Source: Minisyncoccota bacterium | Lineage (GTDB): Bacteria; Patescibacteriota; Minisyncoccia; Phycocordibacterales; UBA12079 | Reading direction: 5' to 3' | Assembly (NCBI GenBank): GCA_023135835.1 | Contig: JAGLSI010000001.1 | Coordinates: 2,400-66,399, forward strand | DNA length: 64,000 nucleotides | Shown here: in pieces, positions 1 through 8,054 of the stretch | Layout of the letters: the number at the start of each line of letters is the position of its first letter | Position numbering within the stretch: position 1 is the first letter of the stretch | The notes under the pieces: model-generated | Database searches by the model: none | The model's input: only the letters and a program-made list of their open reading frames with translations | Told to the model about the DNA's origin: nothing | Program-made: the position numbers and the translations under genes

Positions 1-1
1 A

Positions 2-511
2 GAGCTTATTGAAACAATAGATAAGTATAGAAATAGGTATGCTAAATATACTAATTATAAAATACCTCCACACATAACTATTTATCCACCTTTTTATTTA
101 AAAAAGATATCAGAAAAAGAAATTTTAGAATTAATTAAATTTTCTTTAAAAAACACAAATAAACATTCTTTAAATTTTAACTCAATAAGTTATTTTGAAG
201 AGGGAAATAATGTTGCTTTTTTTGCTCCTAATAAAAGCTCAAATAATTTTATAAGACAAGTTTTTTTAAAAGTAATAGAGAATTTAAAAAGCAGAGTGGA
301 AGATGTTTATAATGATTATAAGATGTCTGTTAAAGATTTTAATCCTCATTTAACAATAGCTGAACAAATACCTGATGATATGTTTGAAAAATTTAAAAAA
401 GAATTAAATAATACAAAAGAAAACCTTGTTTTTGAGTGTAATTCTTTGTGCTTATATAAACAAGAATCAAAATCAAGAATTTGGAATAAAGTTGGAGAAA
501 TAAAATTTTAA
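2..511 (+). CDS. 2H phosphoesterase (2'-5' RNA ligase family), 5' end outside window
   Basis: Frame is open from position 2 and continuous with ORF 296..511; two HxT motifs, PPHITI and NPHLTI. Confidence 0.8.
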   Translation, partial: ELIETIDKYRNRYAKYTNYKIPPHITIYPPFYLKKISEKEILELIKFSLKNTNKHSLNFNSISYFEEGNNVAFFAPNKSSNNFIRQVFLKVIENLKSRVEDVYNDYKMSVKDFNPHLTIAEQIPDDMFEKFKKELNNTKENLVFECNSLCLYKQESKSRIWNKVGEIKF

Positions 512-530
512 TATTTGATATAATATTTAT

Positions 531-1199
531 ATGCAAACAATTTTAATCACAGGAATAGATAAAGGAATAGGGAAGGTTATAGCACAAAAGTTTTTAAGTG
601 AGGACTATTTTGTTATAGGAACTTCACTTCAAAATGAAGTTGATTTTTCAGATGAAAATTTAAAAGTTTTTCAAATGGACTTACTTTCAGATGAATCTAT
701 AAAAAACTGTGTGCAAGAGATTAATAATTTCAACAAAAAAATAGATATTTTAATAAATAATGCTGGGGTAATGGTAGATAAAGAAGAAACTACAGTGATA
801 AAAGAAAAATTAAGAAAAACCTTAGAGATAAATTTAATTGGAACAATAGATTTTACAGAACAAATCTTATCTGAAATAAATGAAGGAGGGCATATTATAA
901 ATATTTCTTCTTCAGCTGGGTCAATGAGTAGAACAGGAAGAGAAAGTAGGATGCCTAATCATTATCCATCTTATAAAATTTCTAAAATAGCTTTGAATAT
1001 GTATACAAAGACATTAGCTTTAAGACTAAAAGATAAAATTATAGTTTCATCTGTGCATCCAGGTTGGGTAAAAACCGATATGGGGGGACAAGAAGCAAAC
1101 CTTACTATAAAAGAATCAGTAGAAAATATTTTTAATTTTGCAATAACAAAACCAGAAACAGGGCAATTTTGGTTTAAAGGAGAAAAATATCCTTGGTAG
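531..1199 (+). CDS. Short-chain dehydrogenase/reductase (CsgA/carbonyl reductase-like)
   Basis: TGxxxGIG, NNAG, YxxxK (YKISK), HPGWVKTDMGG. Confidence 0.92.
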   Translation: MQTILITGIDKGIGKVIAQKFLSEDYFVIGTSLQNEVDFSDENLKVFQMDLLSDESIKNCVQEINNFNKKIDILINNAGVMVDKEETTVIKEKLRKTLEINLIGTIDFTEQILSEINEGGHIINISSSAGSMSRTGRESRMPNHYPSYKISKIALNMYTKTLALRLKDKIIVSSVHPGWVKTDMGGQEANLTIKESVENIFNFAITKPETGQFWFKGEKYPW

Positions 1200-1228
1200 A
1201 ATTTATTAGATAATGATATAATAGACAA

Positions 1229-1387
1229 ATGTTTAAAAGAATTTTAGGAGTAATATTATTATTGTCTATTGTTGTGGTTTATATTGCTTACCCGTATTAC
1301 GGAACTGTTTCAGCCGAAGTATTTAATATTTCTAAATATTTAGTTGGAATTTTAGGAGCTTGGGCAAGTCTTAAATTAATACTTTAA
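1229..1387 (+). CDS. Small two-TM membrane protein (52 aa), below ORF-track cutoff
   Basis: MFKRILGVILLLSIVVVYIAYPYYG...YLVGILGAWASLKLIL*; TATAAT a few nt upstream. Confidence 0.55.
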   Translation: MFKRILGVILLLSIVVVYIAYPYYGTVSAEVFNISKYLVGILGAWASLKLIL

Positions 1388-1413
1388 AAATTAATAATTA
1401 ATTAAAATTTATT

Positions 1414-2259
1414 ATGGTTAAAAAAGAAGAAAATAATACATGTTGTTTAGGTTTTCCTGAAGCTTGTATGTCTAGAATAATTAAATCAGTAATTTTAGTA
1501 TTAGTTGTACTAGCTTTATTTTTATTAGTTAAAACTTACGGAGCTTTGAAAGAGAATTCATTTATTGGTCAAGATATAATGGCTCAAAATACTATAACAG
1601 TAACTGGTGAAGGAGAAGTTTCAGCTATTCCTGATATTGCTAAATTTTCTTTTGCAGTAAAAGAAGAAGCAAAGACTGTAGAACAGGCTCAAGAAAAAGC
1701 GACTGAAAAAATGAATGCTGTTTTGGATTTCTTAGATAAAGCAGGAGTTGATGATAAAGAAATTAAAACAACAGGATATAATATTTATCCTCGTTATGAA
1801 TGGTGGAATAAAGAAGTTATGTGTGAAGGGGGTTATTGTCCTCCAACCGAGAGACAGAGAACACTTGTTGCTTATGAAGTAAGTCAAAATATTTCAGTTG
1901 AATTAAAAGATGTTGATAGTGCGGGAGAAATTTTAGCAGGGATTGGTTCCTTAGAGGTTTCAAATGTAAGTGGTCTTAGTTTTGATATAGATGATAAGGA
2001 TGGGTTAGAGCGAGAAGCTAGGCAGGAAGCTATTGACGAAGCTCAGTCTAAAGCTAAAGAATTAGCAAAAGATTTAGGTGTAAAATTAGTAAGAATTGTT
2101 TCTTACTCATCTAATGACGGAAGAAATGTTTATCCGCAATATGCTGTAATGGAAAAAAGTATGGCCTATGGAATGGTTGATAGTGTTTCAGTTCCTGAAA
2201 TCCCTGTAGGAGAAAACGAAATTAAAACAACAGTGTATCTTACATACGAGATTAAATAA
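1414..2259 (+). CDS. SIMPL domain (DUF541/YggE-like) protein
   Basis: N-terminal TM; TITVTGEGEV..PDIA; AREAI..A..KA..LA..LGVKL; PVGE at C-terminus. Confidence 0.88.
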   Translation: MVKKEENNTCCLGFPEACMSRIIKSVILVLVVLALFLLVKTYGALKENSFIGQDIMAQNTITVTGEGEVSAIPDIAKFSFAVKEEAKTVEQAQEKATEKMNAVLDFLDKAGVDDKEIKTTGYNIYPRYEWWNKEVMCEGGYCPPTERQRTLVAYEVSQNISVELKDVDSAGEILAGIGSLEVSNVSGLSFDIDDKDGLEREARQEAIDEAQSKAKELAKDLGVKLVRIVSYSSNDGRNVYPQYAVMEKSMAYGMVDSVSVPEIPVGENEIKTTVYLTYEIK

Positions 2260-2426
2260 CTAAAAAGTAAAATTATAAAATCGTTCATTGGGAATTATTT
2301 TTGATGAGCGGTTTTTTATATTAAAAAATATTTATCTTTACAAATTATTTAAATAATATAATATAAAAATTAGAAAACAACAGTAGATTAAGTTCTTAAA
2401 ATAAATCACTAAAAGAGGAGTAGATT

Positions 2427-2978
2427 ATGATTTCAAAGCAATGGAGAAGATTGTATTTGTTTGTTGTATTAATGGTTATTATATATAAACATATAAACAG
2501 CGGAGACCCTGTTCAGTGGATACTATTAGCTGTGTCTGGGGTGTTGTTAGTCGGTAGTTTTATACTTTTTCATATTGAAATAGAAGCTGAATCAAAAGAC
2601 CCTGTTCTTGTAAATCCTTGGGTAGTTATGTTTTCGTTAATAATGACCACTTCTTTTTACCTTTATTATGTTGGAGTTTTTATTAATACAGAGCCAAAGA
2701 TGTTGATTAATTGTATTTTCCCATCCATGTGTTTAATTATATTGATAGGAATATTTTTCATAGTTAGTTTTATAGGGGAGTTTTATTTAAGTATTGCCTT
2801 AAAAGGTGATATTAAGGAAGCTGGTTTCCTAAAGGTTTTATTCAGTTTTCTGAAATTTCCTTTTGTATTAAAAAATATAATACTTCTTCTTTTTACAATG
2901 ACAGTACCTACTAAAGAAGAAAAGAAAAAAACAACAGAAGATATCGCCGACAAAGAGATTGAAGGTGAAATGGCTTAA
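2427..2978 (+). CDS. Hypothetical multi-pass membrane protein
   Basis: Several hydrophobic segments; strong SD (AGAGGAG); own promoter-like and terminator sequences. Confidence 0.65.
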   Translation: MISKQWRRLYLFVVLMVIIYKHINSGDPVQWILLAVSGVLLVGSFILFHIEIEAESKDPVLVNPWVVMFSLIMTTSFYLYYVGVFINTEPKMLINCIFPSMCLIILIGIFFIVSFIGEFYLSIALKGDIKEAGFLKVLFSFLKFPFVLKNIILLLFTMTVPTKEEKKKTTEDIADKEIEGEMA

Positions 2979-2986
2979 TGTTGTTC

Positions 2987-3023
2987 AAGCCCCAGCTATC
3001 CGTAAATAGGATAGATGGGGCTT
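2987..3023 (+). terminator. Intrinsic terminator-like hairpin
   Basis: AAGCCCCAGCTATCC...GGATAGATGGGGCTT followed by T-rich tract. Confidence 0.65.
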
Positions 3024-3148
3024 ATTTATTTAATTTATTTTCTTTAAATTAAAAATCTCTTGACTTTTGGGTTAGTAAAAAGTATTATTTAGTTAAATTA
3101 AAAAGCCCCGAGGGGCTTTTTTAAAAGGGAATTTAAATAAAAAATACT

Positions 3149-3274
3149 ATGAATCCTGTTAGAGATTTGGCGAAAAATATTTATTTTATTTTTTTAAGAA
3201 TAATAGGGATAAAGAATTTATTAATTTAATCGAGAAACGTTTATCCAAGGATAAACTATCTCTAATGGGATGAA
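3149..3274. repeat. ATCCYGTTAGAGAT...ATCTCTAAYGGGAT inverted-repeat element overlapping the secE start codon
   Basis: 14-bp arms at 3153 and 3258; ATGAA duplicated at 3149 and 3270; same arms at 13934 and 34813. Confidence 0.8.
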
Positions 3275-3455
3275 AATAATTGATTATATAAAAGATACAA
3301 GAGGAGAATTGAAGCATGTTTCTTGGCCTACAAGAAATCAGGCTATTTGGTTTACTGTGATTGTTATTATTGTTTCCATACTAACAGCTTTTTTCTTAGG
3401 TTTTTTTGATTTTATTTTTTCATTAGGTTTAGATAACTTTATTTTTAGTAAATAA
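3270..3455 (+). CDS. secE: Preprotein translocase subunit SecE
   Basis: ELKHVSWPTR motif plus TM; directly upstream of nusG. Confidence 0.96.
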   Translation: MKIIDYIKDTRGELKHVSWPTRNQAIWFTVIVIIVSILTAFFLGFFDFIFSLGLDNFIFSK

Positions 3456-3466
3456 ATAATTAATTT

Positions 3467-4012
3467 ATGTCACGACAAGAAGAAAATGCAAAAAGAAATT
3501 GGTACGCAGTTCATACTTATGTAGGGTATGAAAATACTGTAGTACGAAATTTAAAACAAAGAATAGGGTCTTTTGAAATGGAAGATAAGATTTTTGATGT
3601 GGTTGTTCCAACAGAAAAAAAGATTAAAATTAAAGGAGGGAAGAGGATAGAGGAAGAAGAAAAAATTTATCCAGGGTATGTTTTAGTAGATATGATTGTA
3701 ACTGATGACTCATGGTATGTTGTAAGAAACACTCCTAGAATTACAGGTTTTGTTGGTGTTGGTGTAAACCCTGTACCAGTAGACGAAAAAGAAATGACTG
3801 AATTAAGAAGAAGAATGAATTCTGATATTACAAAACATACATTAGATATTGAAGTAGGAGATATGATTAGTATAATTGATGGACCTTTTAAAGATACTGA
3901 AGGAAAAGTTTCTGAAGTAGATGAAGAAAGAGGAAAGATTAAAGTAATGGTGTCTATGTTTGGTCGCGAGACACCTGTTGAGTTAGACTCTTTGCAGGTT
4001 AAGAGAATCTAA
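3467..4012 (+). CDS. nusG: Transcription termination/antitermination factor NusG
   Basis: WYAVHT, YPGYVLV, VRNTPRITGFVG, KOW motif DGPF, MFGRETPVEL. Confidence 0.98.
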   Translation: MSRQEENAKRNWYAVHTYVGYENTVVRNLKQRIGSFEMEDKIFDVVVPTEKKIKIKGGKRIEEEEKIYPGYVLVDMIVTDDSWYVVRNTPRITGFVGVGVNPVPVDEKEMTELRRRMNSDITKHTLDIEVGDMISIIDGPFKDTEGKVSEVDEERGKIKVMVSMFGRETPVELDSLQVKRI

Positions 4013-4094
4013 GGAGAGAGTAAAGCGACGGAGTTATTTAGATGCTTCTAAGTATAAAATTACTTATCTAGATAATAAAATTAATAAATAATAA

Positions 4095-4192
4095 TAGAAA
4101 GTTCATAAAGTCCATAAAGTTTATAAAGTGAAAAAATTGTTTTACAATTTTTTAAAAAACTTTTAACTTTTAACTTTATAAACTTTTAACTA
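4095..4192. repeat. AAAGT/ACTTT short-repeat hairpin element upstream of rplK
   Basis: (AAAGTYYAT)n arm, inner AAAAAATTGT-TTT-ACAATTTTTT hairpin, (ACTTTTA)n arm ending about 7 nt before ATG. Confidence 0.75.
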
Positions 4193-4198
4193 AAAGTT

Positions 4199-4621
4199 AT
4201 GGCAAAAGAAGCAATAAAAAAAATTAAATTACAGATTGAAGGTGGGAAAGCTACACCAGCCCCTCCTTTGGGTCCTGCTTTAGGACAAGCGGGGATTAAT
4301 ATTGGGGAATTTGTAAATCAGTTTAACGCAGCTACAAAAGACAGAATGGGAGAAATTGTACCCGTAGTTATATCTCTTTATGAAGATAGGTCTTTTGATT
4401 TTATAACAAAAACTTCACCTGCTTCAAGAATGATTTTGAAAGCTATTGGAGAAAAGAAAGGTTCTGGTAAAAATTTAGTAAAAAGAGCGGGAACAATTAC
4501 CAAAGCTCAAGTTAGAGAAATTGCAGAAGCAAAATTAGTAGACTTAAGCGCTAATGATGTTGATCAGGCTATGAAAATTATTGAAGGAACAGCAAGATCA
4601 ATGGGAGTTGAAGTTAAATAA
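4199..4621 (+). CDS. rplK: 50S ribosomal protein L11
   Basis: [20 protein letters not shown]. Confidence 0.98.
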   Translation: MAKEAIKKIKLQIEGGKATPAPPLGPALGQAGINIGEFVNQFNAATKDRMGEIVPVVISLYEDRSFDFITKTSPASRMILKAIGEKKGSGKNLVKRAGTITKAQVREIAEAKLVDLSANDVDQAMKIIEGTARSMGVEVK

Positions 4622-4738
4622 TCCTAAATTTAGCACATTTCTTCGTCAGCTTTAGAAAAATTATTTTCGCCGTATGTTCAATACGGCTCAAAAAATTTTT
4701 CTTTGCTTCCTCGAACTGCATTTAAATTTTGGATTATT
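4618..4738. repeat. Long imperfect palindrome (about 120 bp) with GCCGTAT-GTTCA-ATACGGC core
   Basis: Nested pairing AATCC/GGATT, AGAAAAATT/AATTTTTCT, GCCGTAT/ATACGGC. Confidence 0.6.
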
Positions 4739-4978
4739 TTAAAAACTACCATTCTCTACTAAAGTAGAGAACAGTAATTTTTATTTTATATTCCATGTTG
4801 GGAGAAGAGCGTCGGCAAAGCCGACGCTCTTTTTTAAAAGGAGTGTTGGGGTAACGGGAAGGTACCGTTACCCTTGATAAAAGATTTTAAAATTATTTTA
4901 AAAGGTTTTGGATTACCAAGACTATTTTAAAGTTTTTTCTTGTTTTTAAAATATTTTTTATGTTATTATATTGGAAAT

Positions 4979-5419
4979 ATGAAAAAAATTAATAGAAATT
5001 TAGTTGAAGCAGGAAATGCTAGAAATGAAGATTATAAACAGCTTTTAAAAAAAATTATTAAAGACGGTTTATGTCCTTTTTGTTGGGAAAATTTTGAAAA
5101 GTATCATCCTAAACCTATTTTTGAAAAAAGAAAATATTGGTTAGTTTCAGAAAATATTTATCCATACGAAAATTCAAAGAATCATTTTATACTTGTTGCT
5201 AAAAGACATTTAATATTTCCAAGCGAGTTATCTAAGGAAGAGTGGCAGGAATTACTTGAATTAATAGAGTTTTTAAAAGAAAAAACTAACTCAAATAGCG
5301 GTACTTTGTTAATGCGTTTTGGGGAAACAATTAATACAGGAGCTTCTGTTGAGCATTTACATGCCCAGTTTATAGTTGCAAAAGATAAGAGGTATCCGAT
5401 TATTACTAGAATTGGTTAA
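4979..5419 (+). CDS. HIT-superfamily protein with HxHxQ motif (Ap4A phosphorylase/GalT-like branch)
   Basis: CPFC Zn motif, NIYPY, GASVEHLHAQ; ATG at 4979 preferred over TTG at 4940. Confidence 0.8.
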   Translation: MKKINRNLVEAGNARNEDYKQLLKKIIKDGLCPFCWENFEKYHPKPIFEKRKYWLVSENIYPYENSKNHFILVAKRHLIFPSELSKEEWQELLELIEFLKEKTNSNSGTLLMRFGETINTGASVEHLHAQFIVAKDKRYPIITRIG

Positions 5420-6279
5420 TTATCTTGAATTAAGATAACCTCAATATTAAAAGCATTAAAAATATTTTCTGCATCTAAGACAGAATAACCCTCTGAATAA
5501 TAAACCTTTTTAATCCCTGCACCTGCTATTAATTTTGCGCAGGTTGGGCATGGAAAGGTTGTTACATAAATTGATGCCCCGTCTAAAGATATACCTTCTT
5601 TAGCTGCATAACTAATCAAACTTGCTTCAGAGTGAATTGCTGTAGATAAATCGTATCTTTCTCCTGCATCAAAATTACTTCTTGGGTCTCCGTAAATATC
5701 CATACTAAAATCTGTTGGAACATGTTTGTTATATCCTGATAAGATAACCTTATTATCTTTAACGATAACTGAACCAACTTGCCGCCACCAATCAGAGCTT
5801 AATTTTTTTTGTTTTAAAGCTTCGCCCATCATTGTTTGATGGAATTTCTCAATAGTTATTTTCCTATTAGGGTGAACTTCTGTTTCTTGTAGGGTGATAG
5901 GTTTATCCCAGCGTAAAAAAACATTTTCAAAGCTTATGTTTTTATTATCTTTAAAATACTTTTTTTGAATTTCTTTTGATACAGCTTCGTCTGGAAAGAT
6001 TATTTCAAAATTTTCTTCTTTTTTAATTTCTTCTAAATTGTTTTTATCCAAAATATTAACATTTTCAAAAATATTAAGTGATTTAATTGCTTTCTGCATA
6101 ACCATTTCATCCATTGTTCTTAAGTCTCTTTCAAAATATTTATAAATAGAAGATTCTATAAGTAAATTTTTATCAATTAGGTATATATTAGTAGGAAATT
6201 TTTTAAATAATTTAATATAACCTGCATGCAGAACAGGGACAAAAGCAATTAAAATTTGTTTTGTTTTATTAGTATTCAT
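5416..6279 (-). CDS. dCMP deaminase-family protein with an extra N-terminal domain
   Basis: RQVGSVIV, HSE, PCPTC; N-terminal about 130 aa with PVLHAGY (HxGH-like). Confidence 0.85.
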   Translation of the reverse strand: MNTNKTKQILIAFVPVLHAGYIKLFKKFPTNIYLIDKNLLIESSIYKYFERDLRTMDEMVMQKAIKSLNIFENVNILDKNNLEEIKKEENFEIIFPDEAVSKEIQKKYFKDNKNISFENVFLRWDKPITLQETEVHPNRKITIEKFHQTMMGEALKQKKLSSDWWRQVGSVIVKDNKVILSGYNKHVPTDFSMDIYGDPRSNFDAGERYDLSTAIHSEASLISYAAKEGISLDGASIYVTTFPCPTCAKLIAGAGIKKVYYSEGYSVLDAENIFNAFNIEVILIQDN

Positions 6280-6866
6280 TAAATTCTATTAATAAAATCA
6301 TCAGTTAGTTTTTTGATTTCATCAGTTAATTTTTGAGCACCTTCAATCATTAATGTTCTAACACGAGCTGTTGTTGACGTAGTTGCTTGTGGTTCTAAAG
6401 CAATAACCTCTTTACAATATTTTTTTATTTGCTCTATACGACTTTTATTAAGATCTTTGGTTGTTTTAGACATAATATAGACATCAGGTTTTATTACCTT
6501 TCTAAGAGCATCTAGGTCATTTAAATTATTTTGCATTACTAATATATCTACAGAGCGTAAATGAGATACGATTCCAACTCTTTCTTTTTCAGGGACAACT
6601 GGACGGCTGGGACCTTTTCTTTTTTTAGTTAGTGCGTCTGATTCTACTCCCACAATAAGTATATCTCCGTAAGATTTTGCTTTTTCTAGATAAGCAGCAT
6701 GACCAATATGTAACAAATCCCATACTCCTTGAGTTAAGACTATGCGATAATTTGATTCTTTTAAAAGTTTAACTATTATTTCTAATTGACTCAAGTCTTT
6801 AATAAATCTTTTTTCTAAAGGAGTATTGTTATCTAAAATTTCTTTTATTGTTATCTGCTTAGGCAT
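6279..6866 (-). CDS. Cytidylyltransferase/adenylyltransferase-like protein (RfaE-II/TagD fold)
   Basis: GVWDLLHIGH, GDILIVGVESD, KGPSRP, TSTT. Confidence 0.85.
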   Translation of the reverse strand: MPKQITIKEILDNNTPLEKRFIKDLSQLEIIVKLLKESNYRIVLTQGVWDLLHIGHAAYLEKAKSYGDILIVGVESDALTKKRKGPSRPVVPEKERVGIVSHLRSVDILVMQNNLNDLDALRKVIKPDVYIMSKTTKDLNKSRIEQIKKYCKEVIALEPQATTSTTARVRTLMIEGAQKLTDEIKKLTDDFINRI

Positions 6867-7025
6867 GATTATTTTTATTTTATTAATAATTAATATTGAT
6901 TATATGTGTTAGTCCTTTTTTTGCAATTATTGTAAATAGGATAACTTGTTGATAAATATATAAAAATACAGACCTTCGTAATTAAACACGAAGGTCTGGT
7001 TTTGAGATATAAATCCCAAGGGTTT

Positions 7026-7931
7026 TTATATTGCAACAGGAATTTCTGGCATAGATGGATGAGCTTTGTAATCAAATAAAGAAAAATCATCTTTTCTATA
7101 ATCAAAAATACCATCTCTTTCAATATGTTTCACTCTTGGAAAAGGGAATGGTTTTCTTTTGATTAATTTTTTTGCAAAAGGTATTTGGTCCAGATAAATA
7201 TGAGCATCCAATATTGTATGAACATATTCATAAGCTTCATATCCTGTAGCTTTGGCTAAAGCTAAGGTTAATGCAGCGTACTGAATCATATTAGAAGGAA
7301 CTCCAATAAGAATATCACCAGATCTTTGAACCATTGTGAGTGTTAATTTCTTATTAACAATTCTCACATGAATTAGTCCATGGCAAGGTACAACAACAAC
7401 CTTACGATTTTTTCCTTTTCCGCTGAAAATATATTCAGGAATAAAAGGGGTGATTATGTGTGTTCTTAAGTGGGGTATCTCTTTGATTTGTTCAACCAAA
7501 TTTTTGAATTGGTTGAATGTTTCTCCGTTTACCATTGGAAAATCATGAAAAGCAACTCCGTAAGATCCATGTCCAAGATCTCCCATTTCTAAACCCATTT
7601 GAGAGCATTTTTTTTCAGTAACCCATGATTTCCACCAAGAACAACCAAATTTTTCAAGCTCTTCTTGAGTTCGGGCTCCATTAATAAATCCAAAAAGTTC
7701 TCCGATAGGAAACTTCCAAAATGAAGAAATATTCCTTTCTGTAATTATTGGGAAACCGTTACTTAAACGGAATTTCATTGGTGTAGACCCTGGTAGAAAT
7801 AAGGCGCCTACATGTTCACTCTCTTTGTTTACAAGTTGAGTTTTTTCTTCCTTTTCTCCATTTTTCAATACTTCTTTAATAAGATTTTGATACTGATAAT
7901 CAACAGTTCTTTCCTTATTATAATTAATCAT
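7026..7931 (-). CDS. thyA: Thymidylate synthase (divergent)
   Basis: GFPIITER, PCH catalytic Cys, QRSGD, GVPSN, DAHIY, C-terminal IPVAI. Confidence 0.85.
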   Translation of the reverse strand: MINYNKERTVDYQYQNLIKEVLKNGEKEEKTQLVNKESEHVGALFLPGSTPMKFRLSNGFPIITERNISSFWKFPIGELFGFINGARTQEELEKFGCSWWKSWVTEKKCSQMGLEMGDLGHGSYGVAFHDFPMVNGETFNQFKNLVEQIKEIPHLRTHIITPFIPEYIFSGKGKNRKVVVVPCHGLIHVRIVNKKLTLTMVQRSGDILIGVPSNMIQYAALTLALAKATGYEAYEYVHTILDAHIYLDQIPFAKKLIKRKPFPFPRVKHIERDGIFDYRKDDFSLFDYKAHPSMPEIPVAI

Positions 7932-8054
7932 TATTATCCCCCTTATTTATATTTTATTTTAAAATAATTACAATCTAAATATTTTATACTCTTTATTATT
8001 AAGAAAAGCAATATCTAATAGAAATAAAGAAATAATTGTGCTAATATTTTATTT

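Noticed and set aside
3060-3125. tRNA upstream of secE
   Set aside because: Only a promoter-like sequence and a short GC hairpin; no cloverleaf or T-loop motif
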